From Fimbriimonadaceae bacterium (GTDB taxonomy: Bacteria; Armatimonadota; Fimbriimonadia; Fimbriimonadales; Fimbriimonadaceae), in NCBI GenBank assembly GCA_044226215.1, contig JBGAHK010000003.1, positions 153,509-217,508 of the forward strand: a stretch of DNA of 64,000 nt. Reading direction: 5' to 3'. Shown here piece after piece: positions 54,033-62,462 of this stretch. Numbering within the stretch: the first letter of the stretch is position 1; each line of letters starts with the position of its first letter. The translations under genes and the position numbers were made by a program. The notes beneath the pieces were generated by a model. That model was not told where the DNA came from, did not search any database, and worked only from the letters and a program-made list of their open reading frames with translations.

Positions 54033-55061
54033 ATGCGAAAAACGATGTTACTATCGCTGATCGCGCTGGGGGCAGCTGTCGGATCCTCTGCGTCGGTCAC
54101 ACTCGTCAGTCACCCGCGCAATGGCGCTCTTTCCGTCAGCGACGTGCATGCGCCACGGCGAATCGTCGCCAACCAGTTCAAGGTGCCCGGCGCGAACGGG
54201 ATCTTCCATATTTCCAAGATCACGTGGTGGGGAACCCACATGGGGTTCGATTTCCAGCCCGCGGGCTTCTTTGCCTTCTTTTTCATTAACGACGTGAATG
54301 GACTGCCGAGCGGCTTTGCCGGAGGCGGCGGGGTCCAGATCGTGGGTGTGCCCGAAGCCGACGGCACCTGGCGCTACGAGGAAACGACCACGCAGTTTTC
54401 GCTGCAGCTCGGCAAGACCTACTGGTTCGATGTGAACGGGCAAAGCTTCTTCGGCGAGATTTGGCAATGGTCGGGTTCGGATTTCGGCTCGGGCCACAGC
54501 ATGGTGTCGAACACCGGCTACTACGAAGGCTACGTCGGGGCCGCCGATTTACCCAATTACGCGTTCCAGATCGAAGGCGAGATCGAGCTGACCGGCACCC
54601 CCAAGATTTCGGGAACGGTGGCCCTTCAAGACTACGCTGGCCCCATGCCGAAAGCCAAGATCGAAGTGATCCAGAACGGGTCGGTCGTGGAGACGTTCAA
54701 CGACGTGACGCTCGATGGGGCGGGGCATTTCTCGGTGGATTCCACGAAGACGGGATCGGCGCAGTTGCGGATTTCGGCTCCGCACTTCCTCGCCAAAACG
54801 CTCGATGTGACCCTTGGCTTCGACTCGGTCGAGGTGTACGTCCCGCTCACGAACGGCGATATCGACGGTGATAACTCGATCACGGTGTTCGACTACGGCA
54901 TCCTGTCCGACTATTTCGATCTCACCATGGAGAGCCCGAATTGGACCACGATCGGACCAAACGGGTTCGCACCGAAAGATGCGGATCTGGACGGCGACGG
55001 TGCCGTGTCGGTGTTCGACTACGGCATCATCAGCAACGGGTTCGACCGAAGCGGCGACTGA
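54033..55061 (+). CDS. secreted protein: unknown N-terminal domain + beta-sandwich + dockerin-like double EF-hand C-terminus
   Basis: 342 aa with a signal peptide. ISGTVALQDYAG...ISAPHFLAK...NGDIDGDNSITVFDYGILSDYFD...DADLDGDGAVSVFDYGIISNGFD. Paralog of 31265-32362. Confidence 0.7.
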   Translation: MRKTMLLSLIALGAAVGSSASVTLVSHPRNGALSVSDVHAPRRIVANQFKVPGANGIFHISKITWWGTHMGFDFQPAGFFAFFFINDVNGLPSGFAGGGGVQIVGVPEADGTWRYEETTTQFSLQLGKTYWFDVNGQSFFGEIWQWSGSDFGSGHSMVSNTGYYEGYVGAADLPNYAFQIEGEIELTGTPKISGTVALQDYAGPMPKAKIEVIQNGSVVETFNDVTLDGAGHFSVDSTKTGSAQLRISAPHFLAKTLDVTLGFDSVEVYVPLTNGDIDGDNSITVFDYGILSDYFDLTMESPNWTTIGPNGFAPKDADLDGDGAVSVFDYGIISNGFDRSGD

Positions 55062-55073
55062 CCGAACGGAGAA

Positions 55074-55105
55074 GAGCCTGACGCATGACGCGTCGGGCTC
55101 TTTCC
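55074..55105. terminator. stem-loop between convergent genes (possible bidirectional terminator)
   Basis: GAGCCTGACGC (55074-55084) pairs with GCGTCGGGCTC (55090-55100), with one G-U pair. TTTCC follows. Confidence 0.5.
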
Positions 55106-55121
55106 ATGAATCAACAGGGGC

Positions 55122-55583
55122 TTAGGCGCCGCCGCGCTTGATGTCCCAGGACGCAGTCTCATCCTTGACCGAGCCGTCTGCCTGCTGGACCTTCTGGACA
55201 TATTTGATCTGCGCGAAGTTGAAGCTGACGTTCTCGAACGGAATGCTTCCGTTGTCCCCGTTCTGCTGGTAGGACGTGACCAGCACATCCGTCAGGGTGA
55301 TCGTCAGATAGACCTGTTCGCCATCGCGTCGGCGTCGCGTCTGCTCCAGTGTGACCGTTTTGAGATGCTTGCCCGAAGCGCAGTTCAGGAAGATCGCGGG
55401 CGAGCCTTTGCCCGTCGACTTCACGATGCTCAGGTCGCTGAAGACGACTTTGCCAGCGCCACCACCACCCGACGAGCCCTGCTGTTCGGCGCCCCAGCCG
55501 TAGCTCTGAAGTTCGAACCAGTTCTCGTGTCCTTTAACCGTGACATCGCCGTCGATGCCGTCAATCTTCATGTAAATAGGCAT
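55122..55583 (-). CDS. hcp: Hcp (TssD)-family type VI secretion tube-like protein
   Basis: 153 aa. MPIYMKIDGIDGDVTVKGHENWFELQSYGWG...GGGGAGKVVFSDLSIVKSTGKGSPAIFLNCASGKHLK...VYLTITLTDVLVTSY...VSFNFAQIKY follows the Hcp1 family pattern. No signal peptide. Confidence 0.8.
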   Translation of the reverse strand: MPIYMKIDGIDGDVTVKGHENWFELQSYGWGAEQQGSSGGGGAGKVVFSDLSIVKSTGKGSPAIFLNCASGKHLKTVTLEQTRRRRDGEQVYLTITLTDVLVTSYQQNGDNGSIPFENVSFNFAQIKYVQKVQQADGSVKDETASWDIKRGGA

Positions 55584-55586
55584 GTG

Positions 55587-56192
55587 TTATTCCTCCTCGA
55601 ATGGTCGTGCGGCAGGGAACCGAAGCAGTTCGGCCCCGCCGAGCATGGACTGGGCGCTGCCGCCCAAAACGTAAACCGCGTTGCCATCGGCGGCGGCGGT
55701 GTGGTCGTAGCGAGGCTGCTCGAGCGGCTCGCCCATCGCCCATCGCGCGGTGCGGGGATCGAACAGCTCCACCGTTGCGGTAGGCCGCATGGCGATGCCA
55801 CCGATGACCGCCACTCGGCCATCTTCCAACGTGACCGCCGCGTGTCGGGCACGACCCACCAGCATCGATCCTGCTGAGGTCCACTCATCCGCATTTGGGT
55901 CGTAGATCATCGCGGAACGGAGCGGACAGATGCGGTCCCGGCCGTTCCACGGACGGTCGTAGCCACCGGTGATCAGCACCCGGCCATCTTGAAGCACGAC
56001 AGCGGCCGCCATATAGCGCCGCATCGGACTTGTGATGGCATCACCGGCCACACCTCGGCGCTCGGTTTTCCGCGCGCTTTTGGCTAGTGCAACCGGGGAA
56101 GCGGCCAGCAGCGCAGCAGAAGTCGCGCCCAAAAGTACGGTTCGACGCGAGATCTGATTTGGCCCTGGTTCTTCCGAACTTCGATTTGCCAT
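55587..56192 (-). CDS. Tat-signal Kelch-repeat protein (about three blades)
   Basis: The ATG at 56192 follows AGGAGGA. Twin-arginine signal ISRRTVLLGATSAALLAASPVALA. Kelch-like repeats DGRVLITGGYD, DGRVAVIGG and GNAVYVLGG. The stop lies 3 nt before the hcp start. Confidence 0.7.
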   Translation of the reverse strand: MANRSSEEPGPNQISRRTVLLGATSAALLAASPVALAKSARKTERRGVAGDAITSPMRRYMAAAVVLQDGRVLITGGYDRPWNGRDRICPLRSAMIYDPNADEWTSAGSMLVGRARHAAVTLEDGRVAVIGGIAMRPTATVELFDPRTARWAMGEPLEQPRYDHTAAADGNAVYVLGGSAQSMLGGAELLRFPAARPFEEE

Positions 56193-56386
56193 AGAAGAAA
56201 TCCTCCTGAGGCTCTTTGTATAACACAAAAATGCCGGCACGAACATATTTTTTCGTTCGCGAGCCCAAAAGTCATGGGTGATCCGAATGAACGGTGGGTC
56301 CAGTCCGCCAGCTGCAGCTGGCCACGTTCGAACCGAACGGCAAGATCAGTGTGGTCCTGAGCGATACGGGCGGGTAGGATGCCGCC

Positions 56387-56887
56387 ATGCGATATCTTGC
56401 TCCGGTTCTTGCGGTCTGTTTGGTCTTGAATTCATCGTCAATTGCGTTGGCGCAAGCCCGACGGGGAAAGGCTTCGGAGCGTACAAAGGTGGAAGCCCAG
56501 ATCCGGAAGTTGGATGAGGCGTGGGTTAAGGCCGCTGCAACAAAGAATCCCGACGCCTGGTGTGCGTTCTACGCGCCCAACGCCGTGATCTTGCCCGCGA
56601 ACGAACCGATGGCGACGACTCCCGCCGCGATCCGCAAGTCCATCGCCGCGTTTCTTTCGATGCCTGATCTTCGCGTGAGCTGGAAGCCGATCAAGATCGA
56701 AGTGGCTCGTTCGCTTGATCTCGCTTACCTTTATGGCGTCTATGAACTGACGGCCAAGGACGGCAACGGACAAGCGGTGACGGACCGCGGAAAGAACGTG
56801 GAGATCTGGAAGAAGCAACCGAACGGCCAGTGGAAGTGCGTGGTGGACACCTGGTGCAGCGATCTGCCGGTGGCAGCGACCCCGTAA
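56387..56887 (+). CDS. secreted SnoaL-like/DUF4440 (NTF2 fold) protein
   Basis: 166 aa with a signal peptide. KLDEAWVKAAATKNPDAWCAFYAPNAVILPAN...EIWKKQPNGQWKCVVDTW. Confidence 0.6.
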   Translation: MRYLAPVLAVCLVLNSSSIALAQARRGKASERTKVEAQIRKLDEAWVKAAATKNPDAWCAFYAPNAVILPANEPMATTPAAIRKSIAAFLSMPDLRVSWKPIKIEVARSLDLAYLYGVYELTAKDGNGQAVTDRGKNVEIWKKQPNGQWKCVVDTWCSDLPVAATP

Positions 56888-56907
56888 CCGATTGGTACTA
56901 TCGGTGG

Positions 56908-58059
56908 ATGCGTCCATTCGGGCTCGCCGCCCTGTTGATCCTTCCTGCGCTTGCTTCGGCTCAGGCCACAACCGTCAATCCGGCCGTCAAGGTCAAGGTG
57001 ATCGGCGGCTACCTCTTTTGCGACGTGGTCGTGAATGGGCAGCCGGGTCATTTCGTTCTGGATACGGGTGCCGGCGTCAACTGCCTCGTGCCCGAATTCG
57101 CTCAACGCATCGGATTGACGAAGGGTCTCGACATTGATGCGACCGGAGTGGGCTCCGAACCGACGAAGGGACGACTGGTCAGGATGTCGTCGATGAAAGT
57201 GGGCGAGGTCGAGGCCAAGAATCTGAACGCCCTGGTGATCGACCTTCCGAAAATTCTCCAGTGCGACGGCCTCATCGGCTACGACTTCCTCAAGAACTTC
57301 GTGACGACGATCGATTATCAGCGGTGCGAAGTGGTGTTCCGCGATCCAAAGTCGTTTATCGCTCCCGCGGGCATCCAGCCAGTTCCTTTGCGGATTCTCG
57401 AGAACCATCCTTGCGTGGAGGGCTCGTTCGAAGGGTTTGACGGTTGGTTCACGCTCGATACCGGCGCGGGCGGATCGATCTCGTTCTTCAAGGATTTTCT
57501 TGATCGCAACGGCATCCGCGAGAAGTATCCGCGTCGCCTTACCACGATTACGGGAGCGGGCGTGGGTGGATTCACAACGGGCGAACTAGCGAAGGTCCAC
57601 TCGATCGTGTTCGCCGGCGCCCAACTGCCCGATGTGATCGCCGATTTTTCCAGCAATACGAAAGGTGCGTTCGCCTCCAAATCCACCGTCGCCAACGTGG
57701 GCCACGACATCCTGTCCAAGTTCGTCTTCACGCTCGACTATAAAGGGGGGAAGGCGTACTTCCGTCGATCCCCGGATTTCACGAAGCCTTGCTACACGGC
57801 TCGGTCGGGTCTCGTGACGGACTACGATGGCAGAGCCCATCGGGTGGTCCGCGCCGAAGAGGGTACGCCCGCATCCGAAGCCGGATTTCTGCCTGGAGAT
57901 GTCCTGCTGGAAGTGGACGGAACACGGCTCGACCACATCCATCCGCTTGAACTCAAAGCCCAGATGCGCAAGCCAGCCGGTTCCACGCTCCGGATCCTGG
58001 TCGACCGGAATGGAGAGCGCAAGACATTGCGCATGACGCTCCGCGACTTGTTGGGGTAG
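56908..58059 (+). CDS. tandem retropepsin-like aspartic protease domains + PDZ domain
   Basis: The ATG at 56908 gives the signal MRPFGLAALLILPALASAQ. There are two DTGA motifs (HFVLDTGAGVNCLV, WFTLDTGAGGSISF). C-terminal PDZ-like segment GTPASEAGFLPGDVLLEVDG. Confidence 0.75.
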   Translation: MRPFGLAALLILPALASAQATTVNPAVKVKVIGGYLFCDVVVNGQPGHFVLDTGAGVNCLVPEFAQRIGLTKGLDIDATGVGSEPTKGRLVRMSSMKVGEVEAKNLNALVIDLPKILQCDGLIGYDFLKNFVTTIDYQRCEVVFRDPKSFIAPAGIQPVPLRILENHPCVEGSFEGFDGWFTLDTGAGGSISFFKDFLDRNGIREKYPRRLTTITGAGVGGFTTGELAKVHSIVFAGAQLPDVIADFSSNTKGAFASKSTVANVGHDILSKFVFTLDYKGGKAYFRRSPDFTKPCYTARSGLVTDYDGRAHRVVRAEEGTPASEAGFLPGDVLLEVDGTRLDHIHPLELKAQMRKPAGSTLRILVDRNGERKTLRMTLRDLLG

Positions 58060-58159
58060 CGGCCCTGGAGCGGGGGCAGCCTTCTTGCTGCAAATTCAGG
58101 CAAATCGCTTGGTATCGCACCGAAATTGAGTTATAGTGGACTTGCTTCGGCGGTAGCAA

Positions 58160-61063
58160 ATGAATTTGAAAGCCCTTTCTCTGGTCTTGTCCCTGACTGT
58201 TGCAACTGTGGGTGCCTTTGCCCAGTCCCGCGAGGGAGCGCAGCCGGCCACCCATTGGATGCCGTGGGAAGTGAACGAATTCCTTCATCCTTCTCCGAAG
58301 CCGTTCCGCAAGCTGGGCACCCAGCCTGATCCGAATCGTCCGGGCGGAAAGCCGGCCCCGGCTCCGCAGCGCACGATCCAAGAAGGGCAACGCGAGATCT
58401 TTGAGGACGAGCCCGGAGAGGGCCGAGACGAGGACACCAACATCCTGAAGGAGCGCTGGAAAAACCGCCTTAGTCCCGAAGCTTACGCCCGAAGCAGCGA
58501 GCTCTGGGGCGACAGCCCGATCAACCGAGTGCCGGGCGACGGCATCAATTCCTGGCGTTCGATCGGCAACTTCGTCGAGAATCCAACCTCGTCCAACGCC
58601 TACGCTGGCCGTATCGAATCCATCGCCTTTGCGGCGGACCCGACTCAAGGGTCGGCCGTCGTGCCGTATCTTGGCGCGGTTGGAGGCGGAATCTGGAAGA
58701 AAGTCGCAGTAACGGGTTTTTACGTTCCGGTCAATGACACACTGCCTGGCAGCGCCTGTGTCGGCGCTTTGGCGATCGATCCGAACGACGCGAACCGGAT
58801 GATCGTCGGTACGGGAACAGAAAATCGGTTTGCCGGTTCGGGCGTGTACAAAACGACCGATCAGGGGGCGACCTGGACCCGTATGACAATGCCCGGCGGT
58901 ACCCAGCCCAACTATTGCACGCGTGCGATCGTTGACATCAACGACGCCACCTCGAACACGATTTTGATCAGTACGGATCAGGGCATCTATCGAACCACGA
59001 ACTTCGGCACGACTTGGACGCGGGTGCTGACGGGCGTCATCGACGATCTTGTCAAGGATAAAACGGCCCAGAACTGGTGGTATGCCACCGTGCAAGGTCA
59101 AGGCATTTATCTTTCAGCCGATTTCGGCGTGACGTGGTCGCGCCGTTTGGACACCACCACGCTCGCCATCCCCAGAATCCGCATTTCTTACAGCGACGCC
59201 GATTCGACCCACGTTTACGCCCTCGCATTCACGGCCGCGAATACGCTGAGCGCCATCTGGCACTCGAAGGATTACGGTCAGACTTGGCTCGCGGCGGACA
59301 AAATCACGTTCGCTTCGGATCCGATCAGCGCGGCTCAAGCGTTCCACACCAACTTTCTGTTCTGCGACCCGTCCAATGCCGACATCCTATACTTTGGCGT
59401 TGCTAATGTGGCGAAAATCAGCAATGCCCGGACCGCCGTGGGCAATACGGCGACGACGTCGTTCGATGGTGGGCACCCGGACTACAACGATTTCGTCACC
59501 GATCCGACCAACACGAATATTTGGATCCTCAACGACGGCGGCGCCTTCTTTTATTGGAAGCAGTTCAGCCTCCTCTTCGATTCACCCAACCGATTTGGCC
59601 TTTCGTGCATGCAGACCGTAACGGACGACCAAGCGATGGCGGAAAGTCGGTCTTCGTTCAGCCGCCTGATCGCGGGGCTCCAGGACAACTACACGATCAA
59701 AATCGATGTGGGCGCAACGCAACCCTACAAGAACCTGGGAGGCGCAGATGGCGGCCGGGTTGGAATCAACACGGATGACTCGAACTGGCTTTATTCGAGC
59801 TGGGGTGCGTTTAACGGTGCGGTGCCATTCCGACAGTACTTTACGAAGAACGCCGCGACCTTCACCGATATTACGAACAACAGCCTAAACCAGTGGGCGC
59901 AGGCGATGGTCCCCGATCCGTATCCCGGATACGGCAAATTGGTTTATTCGGGCAACAGCAACTTCGTGTTGCGCACCGATACCAGCGTTGCGTCCCCGAC
60001 GTGGAGCACGTTCGCCTCGGAACAGACGCAGACCATTCCTCGGTCGATCCGGACCACCGAAGTGAGCTACGATGGCAACGAGGCGGCTTGGATCACGTTC
60101 AATGAGACCAGTGATGTCGCCTTTGTAACGGCGGGAGTCAACCAAACTCGGTTCTTCACCTGCCCGATCCCTTGGGCGACGACCAATACTCGGCCCTTGG
60201 TGGACTCCGATCGATGGCGCGCGTACTACGCTTATGCGTCCAGCGCCAATACGAGTGGTGGCGCGCCGCAGGTCTTCCGAACGACGGACTATGGTGCCAG
60301 TTGGACGAATATCACGGGCAACATGGCGACGATCTTGGGCGTAGGCCGCGTATTCCACGTGATCGCCCATCCGTACTCGTCGTCGGTCCTCTTTGCCGCA
60401 ACGGAGTTCGGCATCCTGCGCTCGGATAACAACGGCACGACCTGGTACCGGGACACCATCGGCATGCCGGTTTCCACCTATACCAACGGCCTCCGGTTCA
60501 GCATCGCCGCCGACGGCTATGCCTGGCTCCGAGTTTCGACGTTCGGACGGGGATTCTATGAGAAGCGAATTTACGCGACCGACGACCGCCCTGTGCGAAT
60601 TCAGGCGAAGCTCCTCGACGATCCGAGGAGTTTCCAGCAGGTTCAAGTCGAGTTCCAGCCGTACTATGCGGGTCGGAGCAACACGACCTTCGTCACGACG
60701 ACAAGCGGCGGCAATATTGACCGCACCCTCTTGGTCGAACCCGGGAAGTATCGGATCCGGATCAAGGGTTCCCACCACCTCGCCAAGGCGTGGGAGAACG
60801 TCGACTGTATGGGCACCGGAACGGTCACCCTTCCGCTTCAGAATCTCGTTAACGGGGACATCGATAACGATAACGCAGTCACGGTCTTCGACTACGGCAT
60901 CCTTTCGGATTACTTCGACAAGTCCAATGGCGATTCGGATTGGTTCGTCACGGGAGGCAACGGCTTTGCTCCGTACCAAGCCGACTTGGACGGCGATGAC
61001 GTCATCAGTGTCTTCGACTACGGCATCTTGAGCGACAGCTTCGACACGACCGGCGCGGACTAA
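58160..61063 (+). CDS. BNR/Asp-box repeat beta-propeller protein with beta-sandwich + dockerin-like C-terminus
   Basis: 967 aa with a signal peptide. Six Asp-boxes (TTDQGATW, TTNFGTTW, SADFGVTW, SKDYGQTW, TTDYGASW, SDNNGTTW). C-terminus NGDIDNDNAVTVFDYGILSDYFD...QADLDGDDVISVFDYGILSDSFD. Confidence 0.8.
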   Translation: MNLKALSLVLSLTVATVGAFAQSREGAQPATHWMPWEVNEFLHPSPKPFRKLGTQPDPNRPGGKPAPAPQRTIQEGQREIFEDEPGEGRDEDTNILKERWKNRLSPEAYARSSELWGDSPINRVPGDGINSWRSIGNFVENPTSSNAYAGRIESIAFAADPTQGSAVVPYLGAVGGGIWKKVAVTGFYVPVNDTLPGSACVGALAIDPNDANRMIVGTGTENRFAGSGVYKTTDQGATWTRMTMPGGTQPNYCTRAIVDINDATSNTILISTDQGIYRTTNFGTTWTRVLTGVIDDLVKDKTAQNWWYATVQGQGIYLSADFGVTWSRRLDTTTLAIPRIRISYSDADSTHVYALAFTAANTLSAIWHSKDYGQTWLAADKITFASDPISAAQAFHTNFLFCDPSNADILYFGVANVAKISNARTAVGNTATTSFDGGHPDYNDFVTDPTNTNIWILNDGGAFFYWKQFSLLFDSPNRFGLSCMQTVTDDQAMAESRSSFSRLIAGLQDNYTIKIDVGATQPYKNLGGADGGRVGINTDDSNWLYSSWGAFNGAVPFRQYFTKNAATFTDITNNSLNQWAQAMVPDPYPGYGKLVYSGNSNFVLRTDTSVASPTWSTFASEQTQTIPRSIRTTEVSYDGNEAAWITFNETSDVAFVTAGVNQTRFFTCPIPWATTNTRPLVDSDRWRAYYAYASSANTSGGAPQVFRTTDYGASWTNITGNMATILGVGRVFHVIAHPYSSSVLFAATEFGILRSDNNGTTWYRDTIGMPVSTYTNGLRFSIAADGYAWLRVSTFGRGFYEKRIYATDDRPVRIQAKLLDDPRSFQQVQVEFQPYYAGRSNTTFVTTTSGGNIDRTLLVEPGKYRIRIKGSHHLAKAWENVDCMGTGTVTLPLQNLVNGDIDNDNAVTVFDYGILSDYFDKSNGDSDWFVTGGNGFAPYQADLDGDDVISVFDYGILSDSFDTTGAD

Positions 61064-61069
61064 GGTTGT

Positions 61070-61104
61070 GGCGAGATGCTTCCGTTGATCGGAAGCATCT
61101 CGCC
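61070..61104. terminator. perfect 15-bp stem-loop between convergent genes (probable bidirectional terminator)
   Basis: GGCGAGATGCTTCCG (61070-61084), loop TTGAT, CGGAAGCATCTCGCC (61090-61104). Confidence 0.55.
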
Positions 61105-61114
61105 CGATCGCGCT

Positions 61115-62188
61115 TCAGTTGGCGCGGCGCAAGCGTCGTAGGACCAGAGTCGCGGCCATACCGAGTGCGAGAATCGAGCCAGGCTCGGGCACGGCTTTCG
61201 CGGTGATCGTAATCAACTCGGACTTGTCGGTCCGAAACGCGATGCCATTCGATCCAAAGCGGGTCAGCGAACTGGCTGTACCATCGACATTCGGGATCGT
61301 GATTGTATCGAGCAGGGTGTACGTGTCGATGTTGAGGATGTTCAGCGTCCTCGACGATCCATTTCCGCTCAAGAAAAAGATGCGGCGATTGACGGCATCT
61401 GTGGTCAGCATTCCGCTAGCCGAAAACGTGCCTTGCAACGTGAGGTCCGTGGTCGAGAACGCTCGTCCGTTCGAGAGAAAGACGCGGTCTCCAAGAACTT
61501 GAATGTTGCCGCCAAACCCCGAGCCGAGGTTCGATTTGACGAGCGATTCCGCCAAGCCCGTCGCATCGACCTTAATCTTGCGCAGTCCAAATTCCGTTGT
61601 TTCGATATTCAGTCCGTAGAGCGTCGAGGGATCTGATCCAAAGGCGATCACATTGCTTCCCGTATGATCCTGGGTCGTTTTGGTCCGCTGGACCGAGCCG
61701 TCGAAAATGGCGACTCCGTCGTGCCGCGGGCTAACGCCCGAGCGGAACCGCGAAACGGCGACCGTGGTCTCGCTTCCGGGCAGGACGGCCATATCCTCCG
61801 CAAAGCGAGGCCCGAACGATCCCGTTCCCAAACTGACCTGAACACCTGCGATACCGGTGGCCAGGTCGAGCGGGCGAAACGCGCCTGCGCCGTTCAAACC
61901 AACGAATGCCGTCTTTCCTGAAGAGCTCAGCACAATCCGCTTTGGATCGCTGCCAATCGGGACGCTCTTAACGGTCGCGCCCGTGCTCGGATTGATCCAA
62001 GCGACCTGATTGCCCGTGATGGGTACCGAACCTGGAATCGTTGCCAGCAGCCTTCCTGACGTGGCGTCGTAGGCGAGATCGCCCACATTAAGTGCGTACT
62101 CCTTGATGACGGCCTGGCCATGTCCCAACTGGAATAGTGCAAGAACGAAGAGCGGTGCGATCGTGCGTCGAAGTGCGAAAAGGTTCAT
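61115..62188 (-). CDS. PEP-CTERM-anchored beta-propeller-like repeat protein
   Basis: 357 aa with a signal peptide and a repetitive beta-strand-rich body. C-terminus VPEPGSILALGMAATLVLRRLRRAN. Confidence 0.7.
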   Translation of the reverse strand: MNLFALRRTIAPLFVLALFQLGHGQAVIKEYALNVGDLAYDATSGRLLATIPGSVPITGNQVAWINPSTGATVKSVPIGSDPKRIVLSSSGKTAFVGLNGAGAFRPLDLATGIAGVQVSLGTGSFGPRFAEDMAVLPGSETTVAVSRFRSGVSPRHDGVAIFDGSVQRTKTTQDHTGSNVIAFGSDPSTLYGLNIETTEFGLRKIKVDATGLAESLVKSNLGSGFGGNIQVLGDRVFLSNGRAFSTTDLTLQGTFSASGMLTTDAVNRRIFFLSGNGSSRTLNILNIDTYTLLDTITIPNVDGTASSLTRFGSNGIAFRTDKSELITITAKAVPEPGSILALGMAATLVLRRLRRAN

Positions 62189-62346
62189 ATCTTCCCCTAA
62201 GTAAGGTTTCAGCTTCGGGCCACCAGTGGCCCATTCCTCTCATCGGAAGAGAAGCTCGAGCACTTTATGAGGGATCGAAATTCTTTGCACTTTATTAACA
62301 CGGGGTTCTTAAACGACCCTTGAACCTGATCCAAGTATTTATGCTA

Positions 62347-62360
62347 GCGAAACGTTTCGC
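62347..62360. promoter_or_regulatory. second copy of the perfect LacI-type palindrome GCGAAACGTTTCGC
   Basis: Identical to 10661-10674. It lies in the divergent intergenic region, 103 nt upstream of the ATG at 62463. A degenerate site TGTGATCGTTTCGCA lies at 62411-62425. Confidence 0.45.
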
Positions 62361-62462
62361 AATTTGGTATTTTTACGGATGGCTGCGCGACCAAACTGAG
62401 ATAGACTGATTTGTGATCGTTTCGCATCGCGGGACTTGGATTTCACATCAAAGGATAATTCA

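Noticed and set aside
53936-54100. 55-codon N-terminal extension of the cupin ORF
   Set aside because: It overlaps the start of the divergent gene at 54033 and has no cupin-family counterpart. The ATG at 53935 yields a compact single-domain cupin.
55122-55583. A type VI secretion system locus
   Set aside because: Only the Hcp-like gene is present. No sheath, baseplate, membrane-complex, ClpV, VgrG or PAAR genes can be recognised anywhere in the 64 kb.
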